Assembly: GCF_009914755.1 (NCBI RefSeq)
Contig: NC_060938.1
Length of the DNA stretch: 64,000 bases
Reading direction: 5' to 3' (one strand)
From: the human T2T-CHM13v2.0 reference genome, Homo sapiens
Made by a program: the position numbers and the translations under genes
In this document: one piece after another, positions 27,939 through 41,634 of the stretch
Numbering within the stretch: the first letter of the stretch is position 1
How the letters are laid out: each line of letters begins with the position of its first letter
The notes under the pieces: model-generated
The model's input: only the letters and a program-made list of their open reading frames with translations
Database searches by the model: none
What the model was told of the DNA's origin: nothing

Positions 27939-30759
27939 TTCTTGACTTTTTAATAATAGCCATTCTGACTGGTGTGCGATGGCATCTCTTTGTGGTTTTG
28001 AGTTGTGTTTTTCTAATGATTAGTGTTATTGAGCATTTATTGATATGCTTGTTGGCAATGTGTATTTTTTTTTTTCTGAAAGGTGTCTGTTCATGTCCTT
28101 TGCCCACTTTCTAATGGGGTTGTTTGGGATTTGTTTGTAAATTTAAGTTCTCTCTAGATTTGGGATGTTAGACCTTTGTCAAATGCATAGTTTGCAAATA
28201 TTTTCTCCCATACTTTAGGTTGTCTGTTTACTTTGTTGATAGTTTCTTTTGCTGTACAGGAGCTTCTTAGTTTAATTAGGTCCCATTGTCCAATTTTTAT
28301 TTTTGTTGCAATTGTTTTTGGTGTTTTCATAATGAAATCTTTGCCAAGTCCTATGTCCAGAATGGCACTTCTTAGATCATCTTCCAGGGTTTTTAGTTTT
28401 AGGTTTTACATGTAAATCTTCAGTTCATCTTGAATTGATTTTTGTATATGGTGAAAGGAAGGGGTCCAGTTTCAAACTTCTGTATATGGCTAGCCAGTTA
28501 TCCCAACACCATTTACTGAATAGGAAATCCTTTCTCCATTGCTTGTTTTTGTCAATTTTGTTGAAGATCAGATGGTTGTAGGTGTGATGTATTGTTTCTG
28601 GGCTCTCTATTATGTTCCCTTGTTCTATGTGTCTGTTTTTGTACCAGTACCATACTGTTTTGGTTACTGCCTGTAGTATAGTTTGAAGTCAGGTAATGTG
28701 ATGTCTCCAGCATTGTTCTTTTTTCTTAGGATAGCCTTGGCTATTCAGGCTCTTTTTTTATTCCACATGAATTTTAAAATAGTTTTTCTCTACTTCTGTG
28801 AAGAATGTCATTTGTAGTTTGATAGGAATAGCATTGAATCTGTAAACTTCTTTGGGCAGGATGGCCATTTTAACAATATTGATTCTTCCTATACATGAGC
28901 ATGGAATGTTTTTCTATTTCTGTCATCACTGATTTCTTTGAGCAGTGTTTTGTAATTCTCATTGTAGAGTTCTTTCACCTCCTTTGTTAGCTGTGTTCCT
29001 AGGATTTTGTATTCTGAAACCTTGCTGAATTTGCTTACCAGATCAAGGAGCTTTTGGCCAGAGACTATTGGGTTTTCTAGGTATAGAACCATATCAACTG
29101 CAAACAGGGATAGCTACACTTCCTCACTTCCTATTTAGATGTGTTTTATTTCTTTTTCTTACCTGATTTCTCCAGCTAGGAATTCCAGTACTATGTTGAA
29201 TAGGACTGGTGAGAGAGCATCCTTGTCTTGTTCTGGTTTTCAAGGGGGATGCTTCCAGCGTTTGCCTATTCAGTATGATGTTGGCTGTGGGATTTTCATA
29301 GTTAGCTTTTATTATTTTGAGATATGTTCCTTCAGTGCCTAGTTTGTTGAGGGTTTTTAACAAGTGGATTGAATAGATGTTTAATTTTATCATAATCCTT
29401 TTCTGCATCTATTGAGACAATCATGTGTTTTTTGTTTTTAGTTCAGTTTATGTGGTGAATTACATTTATTGATTTGTGAATGCTGAACCAAACTTGCATA
29501 CTAGGAATAAAGCCTACTAGATTGTGGTGGATTAAGTTTTTGATGTGCTGCTGGATTTGGTTTGCTAGTGTTTTGTCAACTATTTCTGCATCTGTGTTCA
29601 TTAAGGATATTGGCCTGACATTTTCTTTTTCTTTTGTTGTGTCTCTGGGAGGTTTTGGTATTAGGATGACGATGGCCTCAAAGAATGACTTAGGGAAGAA
29701 TCCCCCACTCCTCTTTTTTTGGTATAGTTTCAGTAGAAATGGTACCGTTTCTTCTTTAAATATCTGGTAGAATTCAGCTGTGAATCCATCTAATCCTGGG
29801 CTTTTTCTGGTTTTTATTACTGATTCAGTTTTGGAACTTGTTAATGGTCTGTTCAGGGATTCAGTCTCTTCCTGGTTCAATCATAGGAGCTTGTATGTTT
29901 TTAATCCATTTCTTCTAGGTTTTCTAGCTTGTATGCATAGAAGTGTTCATAGTAGGCTCTTAGAGTTTTTTGTATTTCTGTGGGGTCGGTGGTAATGGCC
30001 CCTTTGTCATTTCTGATTGTGTTTGTTTGAATCTTACTCTCTTTTTTCTTTATTAGTCTAGCTAGTGGTCAACCTATCTTATTAATTCTTTCAAAGAATC
30101 AGCTCCTGGACTCATTGGTCTTCCGTATGGTTTTTCACATTTTAATTTCCTTCAGTTCAGCTCTGATTTGGGTCATTTCTTGCCTTCTGCTAGCCTTGGG
30201 GTTGATTTGCTCTTGTTTCTCTAGTTCCTCTAATTGTAATGTTTGGCTGTTAACTTGAGATCTTTCTAATTTTTTGATGTTGGCGTTTAGTGCTGTAAAC
30301 TTCCTGATTAACACTGCTTTGGCTGTGTCCCAGAGATTCTTGTATGTTGTACCTTTTTTCTCATTAGTATCAAAGAATTTCTTGATTTCTGACTTCATAT
30401 CATTATTTACCCAGAAGTTATTCAGGGACAGGTTGTTTAATTTCCATTAAATTGTATGGTTTTGAGTGATTTTCTTAGCCTTGATTACTATTTTTTTTGC
30501 AATGTGATTTGAGAGGATGGTTCGTACGATTTTGTTTGTTTTTTAATTTGCTGAGAATTGTTTTAGGCCTCAAAGTTCTTCAGCTGTGGGTATGATCTTC
30601 CTTCAGTCTTTTAGGTTGCTATCTTGGAAGAGGCTCCTTAAATTACTGTCTCTGTGCCCATGTTTCTTTTGTTGGGTATTCCAGTCCACAGAGCTCCCTT
30701 AGGCAGGGGCCACCATTGGCAGAGAAGTTGTATCCTTGCCAGGTTGGCCCTAATCTGCT

Positions 30760-31500
30760 GTCCCTGTGCTTCCTGGAAAAACACAAGGTTGTGCCTGCCC
30801 CCAGAATTCGAGCAGCAGTGGAACTGCTGGGTTGGAAGCTCTAGTGGGTGTGGCTTGTCTGGCTACAAGAAGCAGGGGTGGGTGGAGTTGTCCGCCCTGC
30901 TCTCTGGGTGTTTCCAGGGCAAGAGGAGGCTGTCCCCCTCAGCAAATTCAGGCAGAGGTAGGACTGCTGGGACAAAAGCTCTAGCAGGCGTGGCTCACCT
31001 CGCTACCAGCAGAGAGGGTGGGTGGGGACACCTGCCCTGCCGTCTGGGTGTTTCCCAGGACAACAGAAGGCTGTACCCTCCAGCTGAGTTCCCACAGAAG
31101 CAGGGCCACTGGGCCAGAAGCTCTAGCAGGCATTGCTCACTGGCTATCAGGGGCAGGGATGGGTGGGGTCATCTGCCCTGGCATGTGGGTGCTTTCTGGG
31201 ACAACAGAGGTTGTGTCCACTGTCCACTGCCTGAATTCACACAGAAGTGGGACTGCTGGGCCGGAAGCTCTAGCAGGTGTTGTCCACCAGGTTCCCTGTG
31301 GCAGGGTTGGATGGAGGGTCATGCACCCTGCCATCCAGGTGTTTTCTGGGACAACAGGAGGCTGTGCCCTCTAGCAGAGTTCACACAGAAGTGGGGCCAC
31401 TAGACCAGAAGCTCTAGCAGGCATGGACTGCCTGGCTACCGGTAGCAGGGGTGGGTGGAGTAGCTGGCCATGTTTAGGCGACATGGGACTGCTGGGCCAG
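30760..31500. repeat. Degenerate ~143-bp monomer array (about 5 copies) in the L1 5'UTR
   Basis: Anchor (G/A)AAGCTCTAG recurs at 30835, 30975, 31117, 31264 and 31408 (spacing 140-147), each with shared flanking motifs. Confidence 0.85.
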
Positions 31501-32549
31501 AATCTCACATCAAGCCCTATCCAGCAAGGGGCAGGATGGAACAATCTTACTGCTTCTAGGCACCAGGACTGTGGCCTCTATTGGTGCTATGGAATGGGCG
31601 CTGGTCTACTCTGGAGCCCAAGGCTAGTAGAGTTCCTCTTAGTTGACCCTGCAAAACAGCTGGGTGGCTCTCTGCTTCAGTCTAGAAGTGCAGTGGGTGG
31701 TGGAGAGCGTTCAGAGGGATTCTCCCATTCCCCGTGTTGCACATGTCCCCATGGGGAGCATGAATTCCCCTGAGGGCTCTCACTCACTGACTCTCTCCTG
31801 TATTGGAGAGGTTTTCTTGGCTCTGCACTGAGCCCAGATGAGCTGGTGCCCAGCTTTGTTTCTCTCTGCTCTCTGTGTCCCCTCGCTGCCTTGATGGATC
31901 CCCAGGTGTTTCTCAGATGAACGGCCTGCAGGGTCAGTGTTCACTAGTGCTGTGTTTCCTCTCCCTGAGAGCTGCACACAGGAGTTGCTTCTAGTCTGCC
32001 ATCTTGGCTCTGCCCCTCCACATTTTGTTCTCTGTTTCCTTAGATCTTACATGGCCTCCTGCAATAGAGATAATAAACTATAATATTCTAGACCTAAATT
32101 ATGAACATGTTTACTAAGTTACTTGTTTGAAATACTTTGCCCACAGCTGCATCAACTGTTAGAATACAACTTCCTAGTGGTCTGTATCTCAGCCTTCTGA
32201 TGCCTTCCAAAGTAGCAGCAACCAATAAATAAATTGGTGCTAAAATTGAAATACATGTAAATATTTAAATAAAAATACCGTGGTTTTTTAAAATATAAAA
32301 CGTCTTTTGACACAGTTTTTCAAAAGGCAAGGAGATTTCCAGAGCAGTTTGACTGATGTCAGACTTAGACATCATAATTCCACAGTTTATATTTGTTAAA
32401 CGAATAAATGAGGAAAGACAGGGAGATGTTCAATATATGGAAGGGAAGAGACAGTTTCACAATACAGAACTGTAGGGAAGATGGTGGTATTGATAAACGA
32501 GCAAATCAGAGTGCAGTGAGAATTTAGGCCATGGTACAGGCAGCCACAA

Positions 32550-32815
32550 TGACAGCTATGATCACTTAGTACATCGCAGGTACTTCATATGTACTATCTC
32601 TAATACATGTACAATCTCTAATGCTTACCTTACAAGATGTTTATTTAGTACATGTACAATTTCTAACACTCACCTTTCAAGATGTTTATTAAACCCACTC
32701 CACAGATTAGGACAAGCAACTTTCCTGAGGTCAAACAGCAATGATGGGGATAAGCCAATATTTGAAGTCAGGCCCATCTCTTCTAAAGCCTGTTATTTTC
32801 CATCTACCCTGCACT
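32550..32815 (-). mobile_element. MIR with a small internal tandem duplication
   Basis: CCCACTCCACAGATTAGGACA..CCTGAGGTCAAACAGC..TTTGAAGTCAGGCC. Confidence 0.5.
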
Positions 32816-33719
32816 GCCCTGCTTGCCACCTGACATGCGTAGAAGCAACGAGAGTAGGGAGCATGGAGGAGTGGGAAGAGGATATCAGGTTTACAGCTTT
32901 TCAGGATCATTGCAGGCAATGAAGATTTGATGTAGTGACGCCATTTGGGAGAAGATAGTGTGATTTTGTTGATTCGAAGAATGAAACTTCTCTACTTATG
33001 TGTGCATATGACTCTAGCAAATTTTTTAAAATTTCTTTTGACCCAAAGTGTAGAATAACACTTGCCCATTCTTTGTAAACAATAAGAGATGATTGGTGGC
33101 TACATGCTGGAATGGTTATCTTCCTTCTGCACTACACATCATTATTTGTAAAATCATTGAAAGGGGAAAAATGATAAAGACTCCATATTGTGTAAGATAG
33201 TGCTGCATTCAGATAGCTTTGTCCCTTTCTCCAGAAATCAGGCAAGAAAACATGGCTAATTGGAGGGCCAGCAGGCCCATGAAGCCCACATAATGAATTT
33301 CAGGGACAAGGACACATCAGGTTTCACATTCTAGTAAATGGCTTGAGTAGCAGGGAGCCCATGATGTTGTCTCCCTATGTGTGGTGTCCACAGGAACAAG
33401 AGCTGTGTGGAGCCTGCCAACATCACACACACGCAGTCTGGGCTAATGTCTGTATTAATTTAACGTTTTGCTGGAATTGCTGTTTAATTTTTTTCCTTTA
33501 AATGAGTCACTGCTTTACAAAATGGAAAATCCATAAAATGTAACAAGGACTCTATGACAATTAGTGCCGTATGCCCTTTTTTAATCCTTCTCTGGAAACG
33601 GAATTTTTCATGGTTCAGATACTGTTCCAATAATTAATTTGAAAATCTGCCATATTTTTCTGAATTGGTGTTCTTCATTTTTCTCCAGGGAACAAGGTGA
33701 GGAACTGCAAACCACTTAC

Positions 33720-33847
33720 CTTTATAGCAACCTGGTGAAAACCACAAGTTAGGATAGCAATGGCAATGTACTACTTCTGCTCTCTCTCTAGGCTAGTGAG
33801 GCTCAACAAGCTGTCACTCAGCAGCCTCTGCCTTCATAGTTCTGTCA
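33720..33847 (-). ncRNA. Candidate 128-nt non-coding internal exon
   Basis: Branch point TACTGAC (33880-33874), acceptor CATTCTCTTCTCAG|, donor AAG|GTAAGT. Stops in all three frames. Splice signals only, no transcript evidence. Confidence 0.35.
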
Positions 33848-33974
33848 CTGAGAAGAGAATGTGAGCCTCAAACGTCAGTAGTGTGGGCAGATTTGGGAAA
33901 ATTATATCCAGAATTCTCACAGGTACCTCTCAATTACATAGCTACTAATTTAATCTATCAAAGTTGAAGCTCAG

Positions 33975-34450
33975 CTCAATTCACTAATTTGACAAGAATT
34001 TGGGGGGCACCTATGTGTAAGGCTGGATGCTATTTAATACTATTGTATCTTACTGAAGATACACAAGTTTCTCAAGCCAGAACCCTGGAAGTCACCCTGA
34101 TTAATAATATTCCCTCATCTTCCAACAGGACTTCCTTTAGCTAGTCCTGTTGATTCTATAGGCAAACCAAATCTGTTATTTTCCCCATTTCTTTTGCAAA
34201 AGTCCAAGTCACCATCATTTCTTGCCTGTACTACAGTTGTATTTATCTGTTGATCCATCTGCCCATCTACTCAGCAAACATCGATAGGACAGCCACAGTG
34301 TGCCAGATACTTTTCTGGGCTTGAGAGTCATGCTATTGAACAAGACAGATGGAGTCCTTATTCCCATGGAACAACATTCTAAACAAAGAATACAGAACAT
34401 TTTAAAAACATGGAAAACCCAGTTAGTGATGAGTACAGTAATGATAATAA
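33975..34450. mobile_element. L2 fragments
   Basis: CAAGCCAGAAACCCTGGAAGTCACCCTGA; ACTCAGCAAACAT...TGTGCCAGATAC...GAACAAGACAGA..GTCC. Confidence 0.55.
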
Positions 34451-35236
34451 AGCGGCAGTAGGTAGAGAGGCATCACATTTTTGTCTGGGTCTTCACATTG
34501 TGTTGTCTTTGACCTCAGCCTTTGGAAAGGCCAAATAGCTGAAGACCTACTTCGAGGTCATTTTTGGCATCCCCAAACTTGTCAGTAGTTGCTGATTGGG
34601 TGATCATGCAGATTTTCAGCATTGCTAACCTCAGTAACAACATCAGTGAGAGAATAAGGTCTATCATTAGAACGTTGTTAGTATTTGAATATTCATTTTA
34701 TTTTTTTTTATTTTTATTTGTACAAATGTATGGGTACATGGGAAATGTTGTTACATGTCTACAATGGGCAGTGGTCAAGTCAGGGTATTTTGGGAGTCCA
34801 ACACCCAACTGCAATACATTTTTGTTAAGTATAGTCGCCTTACTCTGCTAACAAATATTGCATTTATTCTTCCTATCATACTGTATGTTTGTACCCTTTA
34901 ACCCACTTATTTTCATCCTCCTCTCTGACCCCCACTCACTCTTCCCAGTTTCTGTTATCTATCTTTCCACTCTCTATCTCCATGTGATCAAATTTTATAG
35001 CTCCCACATGTAAGTGAGAACATGAGATATTTGTCTTTTTGTGCCTGGCATGTATACTACATTTTCTTTCTCTATTCATCTGTTAGTGAATACTTAGGTT
35101 GATTCCATATCTTTGCTGTTGTGGATAGAGCTGCAGTAAATATGCAAGTTCAGGTGTCCCTTTGATAAATTTACTTTCCTGTGCATAAATACCCAGGAGT
35201 GGGACTCCTGGACTGAATAGTAATTCTATTTTTACT

Positions 35237-35569
<333 letters not shown>

Positions 35570-36649
35570 TAGCCTCAGCAGAGAGGGACAATTTGACTTT
35601 CTCTCTTCCAATTTGGATGCCTTTTTTCTTTTGCCCAATTGCTCTGGCTAGGACTCCTGGTACTATGTTGAATAGGAGTGGTGAAAGTAGTCATCTTTGT
35701 TTTGTTTCAGTTCTTAGAGGAAAGGCTTTCAACTATTCCACATTCAGTGTTATATTAGCTGTGGGTTTGTCATATATGGCCTTTATTATTCTGAGATATG
35801 TTCCTTCTATGCCTACTTTTTTGAGAGTTTTTATGTTGAAGGAATGTTGAATTTTGTCAAATGCTTTTTCTGCATCCATTGAGACTATTCTATATACGGT
35901 TTTTGTCCTTCATTCTGTTGATGTGGTGTGTCCTGTTTATTGACTTGTGTATGTTGAACCATCCTTGCATCTCTGGAATAAAACTCACTTGATTGTGTTG
36001 TGTTATGTTTCGGATGTGCTGTTGGATTTGATTTGCTAGTATTTTGTTAAAGATTTTTGTGTCTATGTTCATCAAGTATACTGGCCTGTAGTTTTCTTTT
36101 TGTTGTTGTTGTTGTGTCCTTGTATGACTTTGGTATTAGGGTAATGCTGGCTTCATTTGTTATTAGTTATTCTTTATACCTTTGGTAGAATTTAGCTGCG
36201 AATCCATCTGGTCCTGGGCTTTCCTTTGTCGGAAAACTTTGTATTACTGGTTCAATCTTGCTACTTGTTATAGGTCTGTTAAGGTTTTCTATTTCTTCCT
36301 GATTCAACCTTAGTAGGCTGTACAAACATAGTAGTTTGTATGTTTCCAGGAATTTATCCATTTCCTCTAGGTTTTTCCAGTTTCTCAGCATATAGTTGTT
36401 CATAACGTCTGTGATGATCTTTTGTATTTAAAATTTATTTTTTATTTTTTTATTTCAATAGGTTTTTGGGGAACAGGTGGTGTTTGGTTACATGAATAAG
36501 TTCTTTAGTGGTGATTTCTGAGACTTTGGTGCACCCAAGCGGTATACACTGTACCCAATGTGTGGTTTTTTAATCCCTCACCACCCGTCACCCTTTCCCG
36601 AGTGCCCAAAGTCCAATGTTTCGTTCTTCTGCCTTAGTGTCCTCATAGC

Positions 36650-39600
36650 TTAGCTCCTACATATGAGTGAGAACATATGATGTTTGGTTTTCCATTCCTG
36701 AGTTACTTCACTTAGAATAATCATCTCCAATTCCATCCAGGTTGCTGTGAATGCCATTATTTTGTTCCTTTTTATGGCTGAATAGTATTCCATTATATAT
36801 ATATATATATATATATACCACATTTTGGTTATCCACTCATTGATTGATGGGCATTTGGGCTGGTTCCATATTTTTGCAATTGAAAATTGTGCTGCTATAA
36901 ACATGTGTGTGTAAGTATCTTTTTTGTATAATGACTTATCTGCCTCAGCATAGATACCTAGTAGTGAGATTGCTGGATCAAATGGTAGATCTACTTTTAG
37001 TTCTTTAAGGAATCTCCACACTGTTTTCCATAGTGGTTGTACTAGTTCACGTTCCCACTAACAGTGTAAAAGTGTTCCCTTTTTACCACTTCCATGCCAA
37101 CATCTATGATTTTTTTGATTATGACCATTCTTGCGGAGTGAAGTGGTATTGCATTGTGGCCTTGATTTGCATTTCCCTGATAATTAATGATGTTGAGCAT
37201 TTTTCCATATGCTTGTTGGCTATTTGTGTATCTTCTTTTGAGAATTGCCTATTCATGTTTTTAGCCCACTTTTTGATGAGATTGTTTGTTTTTTTTCTTG
37301 CTGATTTTTTTAGTTCTTTGTAGATTCTGGATGTTAGTCCTTTGTCCGGTGTATAGATGTGAAGATTTTCTCCCACTCTGTGGGTTGTCTGTTAACTCTG
37401 CTGATTATTTATTTTGCTGTGCAGAAGCTTTTCAGTTTAATCAAGTCCCATCTATTTTCTTTGTTTTTGTTGCATTTGCTTTTCGGTTCTTGGTCATGAA
37501 GTCTTTGCCTAAGCCAATGTCTAGAAGGTTTTTTCTGATGTTATCTTCTAGAATCTTTATGGTTTCAGGTCTTAGATTTAAGTCATTAATCCATCTTGAA
37601 TTGATTTTTGTATTTGGTGAGAGATAAGGATCCAGTTTCATTCTTCTACATGTGGGTTGCCAATTATCCCAGCACCATTTGTTGAATAAGGTATCCTTTC
37701 CCCACTTTATGTTTTTGTTTACTTTGTTGAAGACCAGTTGGCTGTAAGTATTCAGCTTTATTTCTGGGTTCTCTATTCTGTTTCGTTGGTCTGTGTGCCT
37801 ATTTTTCTATCAGTACCATGCTGTTTTGATGACTATGGCCTTATAGTATAGTTTGAAGTCGGGTAATGTGATCCCTCCAGATTTGTTCTTTTTGCTTAGT
37901 CTTAGTTGGCTATTTGGGCTCTTTTTTGGTTCCATATGATTTTTTTCATAAAAGCATTGATTTTTTTTTTTTTAGTTCTGTGATGAATGATGGTAGTATT
38001 TTGATGGGAATTGCATTGAATTTGTAGACTGCTTTTGGCAGCATGGTCATTTTTACAATATTGATTCTACCCATCCATGAACATGGGATGTGCTTCCATT
38101 TGTCTGTGTTGTCTATGATTTCTTTCAGCAGTGTTTTGTAGCTTTCCTTGTACAGGTCTTTCACATCCTTGGTTAGGTATATTCCTAAGTCTTTTATTTT
38201 ATTTTTTGCAACTATTTTGAAAGGGGTTGAATTCTTGATTTGATTCTCAGCATGGTTGCTAGCAAGATGACTCTCAGCTTGGTGTGTAGCAGAGCTACGG
38301 ATTTGTGTACATGAATTTTGTATCCTGAAACTTTGCTAAATTCATTTACCAGTTCTAGGAGCTTTTTAGATGAGTCTTTAGGATTTTCTAGGTATACAAT
38401 CATATCATCAGCACAGTGACAGTTTGACTTCCTCTTTACTGATTGGGATGCCCTTTATTTCTTTCTCTTGTCTGATTGCTCTGGTCAGGACTTTCAGTAC
38501 TATGTTGAATAGAAGTGGTGAAAGTGGGCATTCTTGTCTTGTTCCAGTTCTCAGGGGGAATGATTTCAACTTTTACTCATTCAGTATAGTATTGGCTGTG
38601 GGTTTTTCATAGATGGCTTTTATTACCTTAAGGTATATCGCTTCTATGCTGATTTTGCTGAGGGTTTTAATCATAAAGGGATGCTGGATTTTGTCAAATG
38701 CTTTTCTGCATATATTGAGATGATCATGTGATTTTTGTTTTTAATTCTGTTTAGGTGGTGTATCACATTTATTGACTTACATATATTAAACCATCCCTGC
38801 ATCACTGGTATGAAACCTACTTGATCATGGTGGATTATCTGTTTGATATGTTGTTGGATTCGGTTAGCTAGTATTTTGTTGAGGATTTTTGCATCTATGT
38901 TCATCAGGGATATTGGTCCCAAGTTTTCTTTTTTTGTTATGTCTTTCCCTGATTTTGGTATTAGGGTGATACTGGCTTCATAGAATGATTTAGGGAGGAT
39001 TCTTTCTTTCTGTATAGTTTGGAATAGTGTCAATAGGATTGGTACCAATTCTTCTTTGAATGTCTCATAGAATTCAGCTGTGAATCCATCTGGTCCTGGA
39101 CTTTTTTTTGTTGGCAATTTTTTTTTATTACCATTTCAATCTCGTTGCTTGTTATTAGTCTGTTCAGAGATTCTATATCTTCCTGGTTTAATCTGGGAGG
39201 GTTGTATATTTCCAGGTATTTATCCATCATCTTCATGTTTTCTAGTTTATGTGCATAAAGGTGTTCATAGTAGCCTTGAATGATCTTTTGTATTTCTGTG
39301 GTATCAGTTCTCATATCACACATTTTGTTTCTAATTGAGCTTATTTGGACCTTCTGTGTGCTTTTCTTAGTTAATTGCACTAATAGCCTATCAATTTCAT
39401 TTATCTTTTCAAAGAACCAGCTTTTTGTTTCATTTACATTTTGTATTTTTTGGTTTTTTAAAATTTCATTTAGTTCTGCACTGATCTTCATTATTTCTTT
39501 TCTTCTGCTGGGTTTGGGTTTGGATTGTTCTTGTTTTTCCCGTTTCATGAGGTGTGACCTTAGATTGTCTATTTGTGCTCTTTCACACTTTTTGATGTAG

Positions 39601-40520
39601 GCATTTAATGCTATGAAATTTCCTCTTAACACCACTTTTGCTGTATTTCAGAGGTTTTGATACATTGGGCCACCATTATAGTTCAGTTCAAAGAATTTTT
39701 AAATTTCCATCTTGATTTCTTTGTTGACCCAACAATCATTCAGGAGCAAGTTACTTAACTTCCATGCATTTGCATGGTTTTGAGTGTTCCTTTTGGAGTT
39801 GATTTCCAATTTTGTTCCACTGTGGTCTGAAAGAGTATTTGATATACTTGATATAATTTCAATTTTCCTAAATTTACTGAGGCTTGTTTTGTGGCTGATC
39901 ATATGGTCTATATTGGAGAATATTCCATGTGCTGATGAATAGAATGTATATTCTGCAGTTGTTGGGTAGAATGTTCTGTAAATATCTATTAAGTCCATTT
40001 GTTCTAGGGTATAGTTTCAGTCCAGTGTTTCTTTGTTGACTTTCTGTCTTGATGATGTATCTAGTACTGTCAGTGTAGTATTAAAGTCCCCCACTATTAT
40101 TGTGTTGCCATCTATCTCATTTCTTAGGTCTACTAGTAATTGTTTTATAAATTTGGGAGCACCAGTGTTAGGTGCGTATATATTTAGAATTGTGATATTT
40201 TCCTAGTTGACTAGTCCTTTTATCATTACATAATGTCCTTCTTTGTCTTTTTTAACTTCTGTTGCTCCAAAGTTTGTTTTGTCTTATATAAGAATAGCTA
40301 CTCCTGCTCACTTTTGGTGTCCATTTGCATGCAATATCTTTTCCTACCCCTTTTTACCTTAAGTTTATGTGAGTCCTTTTGTGTTAAGTAAGTCTCCTGA
40401 AGACAGCAGAAACTTGGTTGGTGAATTCTTATACATTTGGCCATTCTGTATCTTTTAAGTAGAGCATTTAGGCCATTTACATTCAATGTTAGTATTGAGA
40501 TGTGAGGTACTATTCTACTG
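36650..40520 (-). pseudogene. L1PB ORF2 remnant
   Basis: Fragments NVNGLN..CCLQET (EN), [37 protein letters not shown], with many frameshifts. Confidence 0.88.
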
Positions 40521-40569
40521 ATTGTGCTATTTGTTGCCCGAATATGTTTTTTTTTCTTTGTGTTATTTT

Positions 40570-41634
40570 ATATAGGTCCTGTAAGATTTATGCTTTAAGG
40601 AGGTCCTATTTGGGTGTATTTTGTGGATGTGTTTCAAGATTTAGAGCTCCTTTTAGCAGTTCTTGTAGTGCTGGCTTGGTAGTGGTGAATTCTCTCAGCA
40701 TTTGTTTGTTTGGAAATAATCATATCTTTCCTTCATTTATAAAGCTTAGTTTCACTGGATACAAAATTCTTGGCTGATAATTGTTGTGTTTAAGGAGGCT
40801 AAAAATAGAACCCCAATCCATTCTAGCTTGTAGAGTTTCTGCCAAGTAATCTGCTGTTAATCTGATAGGCTCTCCTTTAAAAGTTACCTGATGCTTTTGC
40901 CTCACAGCTCTCAAGATTCTTTCCTTTGTCTTGACTTTAGATAACCTGATGACTACGTGCTTAGGTGATGATCATTTTGCAATGAATTTCCCAGATGTTC
41001 TATGAGCTTGTTGTATGTGGATGTCTAGATCTCTAGCAAGGCTGGGGAAGTTTTCCTTGATTATTCCCTCAAATATGTTTTCTAAACTTTTAGATGTCTA
41101 AACTTTAGATGAGGAAGAAGAGTCTTCCTCAGGGACACCAATTATTCTTACGTTTGGATGTTTAACATCATCCCAAACTTCTTGGAGGCTTTGTTCATTT
41201 GTTCATTTTTTTAAATTCTTGTTTCTTTGTCTTTGGTGGATTGGGTTAATTCAAAAGCCTGTCTTCAAGCTCTGAGGTTCTTTCGTCTGCTGTTAAATTC
41301 TATTGCTGAGAATTTCCAGTGCATTTTGCGTTTCTCTAAGTGTGTCCCTGATTTCCAGAAGTTGTGATTGTTTTTTATTTATGCTATCTATTTCACTGAA
41401 GAATTTTCCTTTCATATCCTCTATCATGTTTTTGATTTATCTAACTTGGGCTTCACCTTTCTCTGGTGCCTCCTTGAGTAGCTTAATAATCAATCTTCTA
41501 AATTATTTTTCTGGCAATTCAGAGATTTTGTCTTGGTTTGGATCCATTGCTGATGAGCTGTTATGATCTTTCAGGGGTGTTAAAGAATCTTGTTTTGTCA
41601 TATTACCAGCATTGTTTTTCTGGTTCCTTCTCAT
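40570..41634 (-). pseudogene. L1PB ORF1 remnant
   Basis: ATG at 41634 (MRRNQKNN..). Fragment 40720-40914 has PIRLTAD..ETLQAR..YPVKLSF. Confidence 0.8.

Noticed and set aside
30654-31403. 249-aa plus-strand ORF
   Set aside because: It lies in the GC-rich repeated L1 5'UTR, its listed start codon is GTG, and it shows no recognisable domain.
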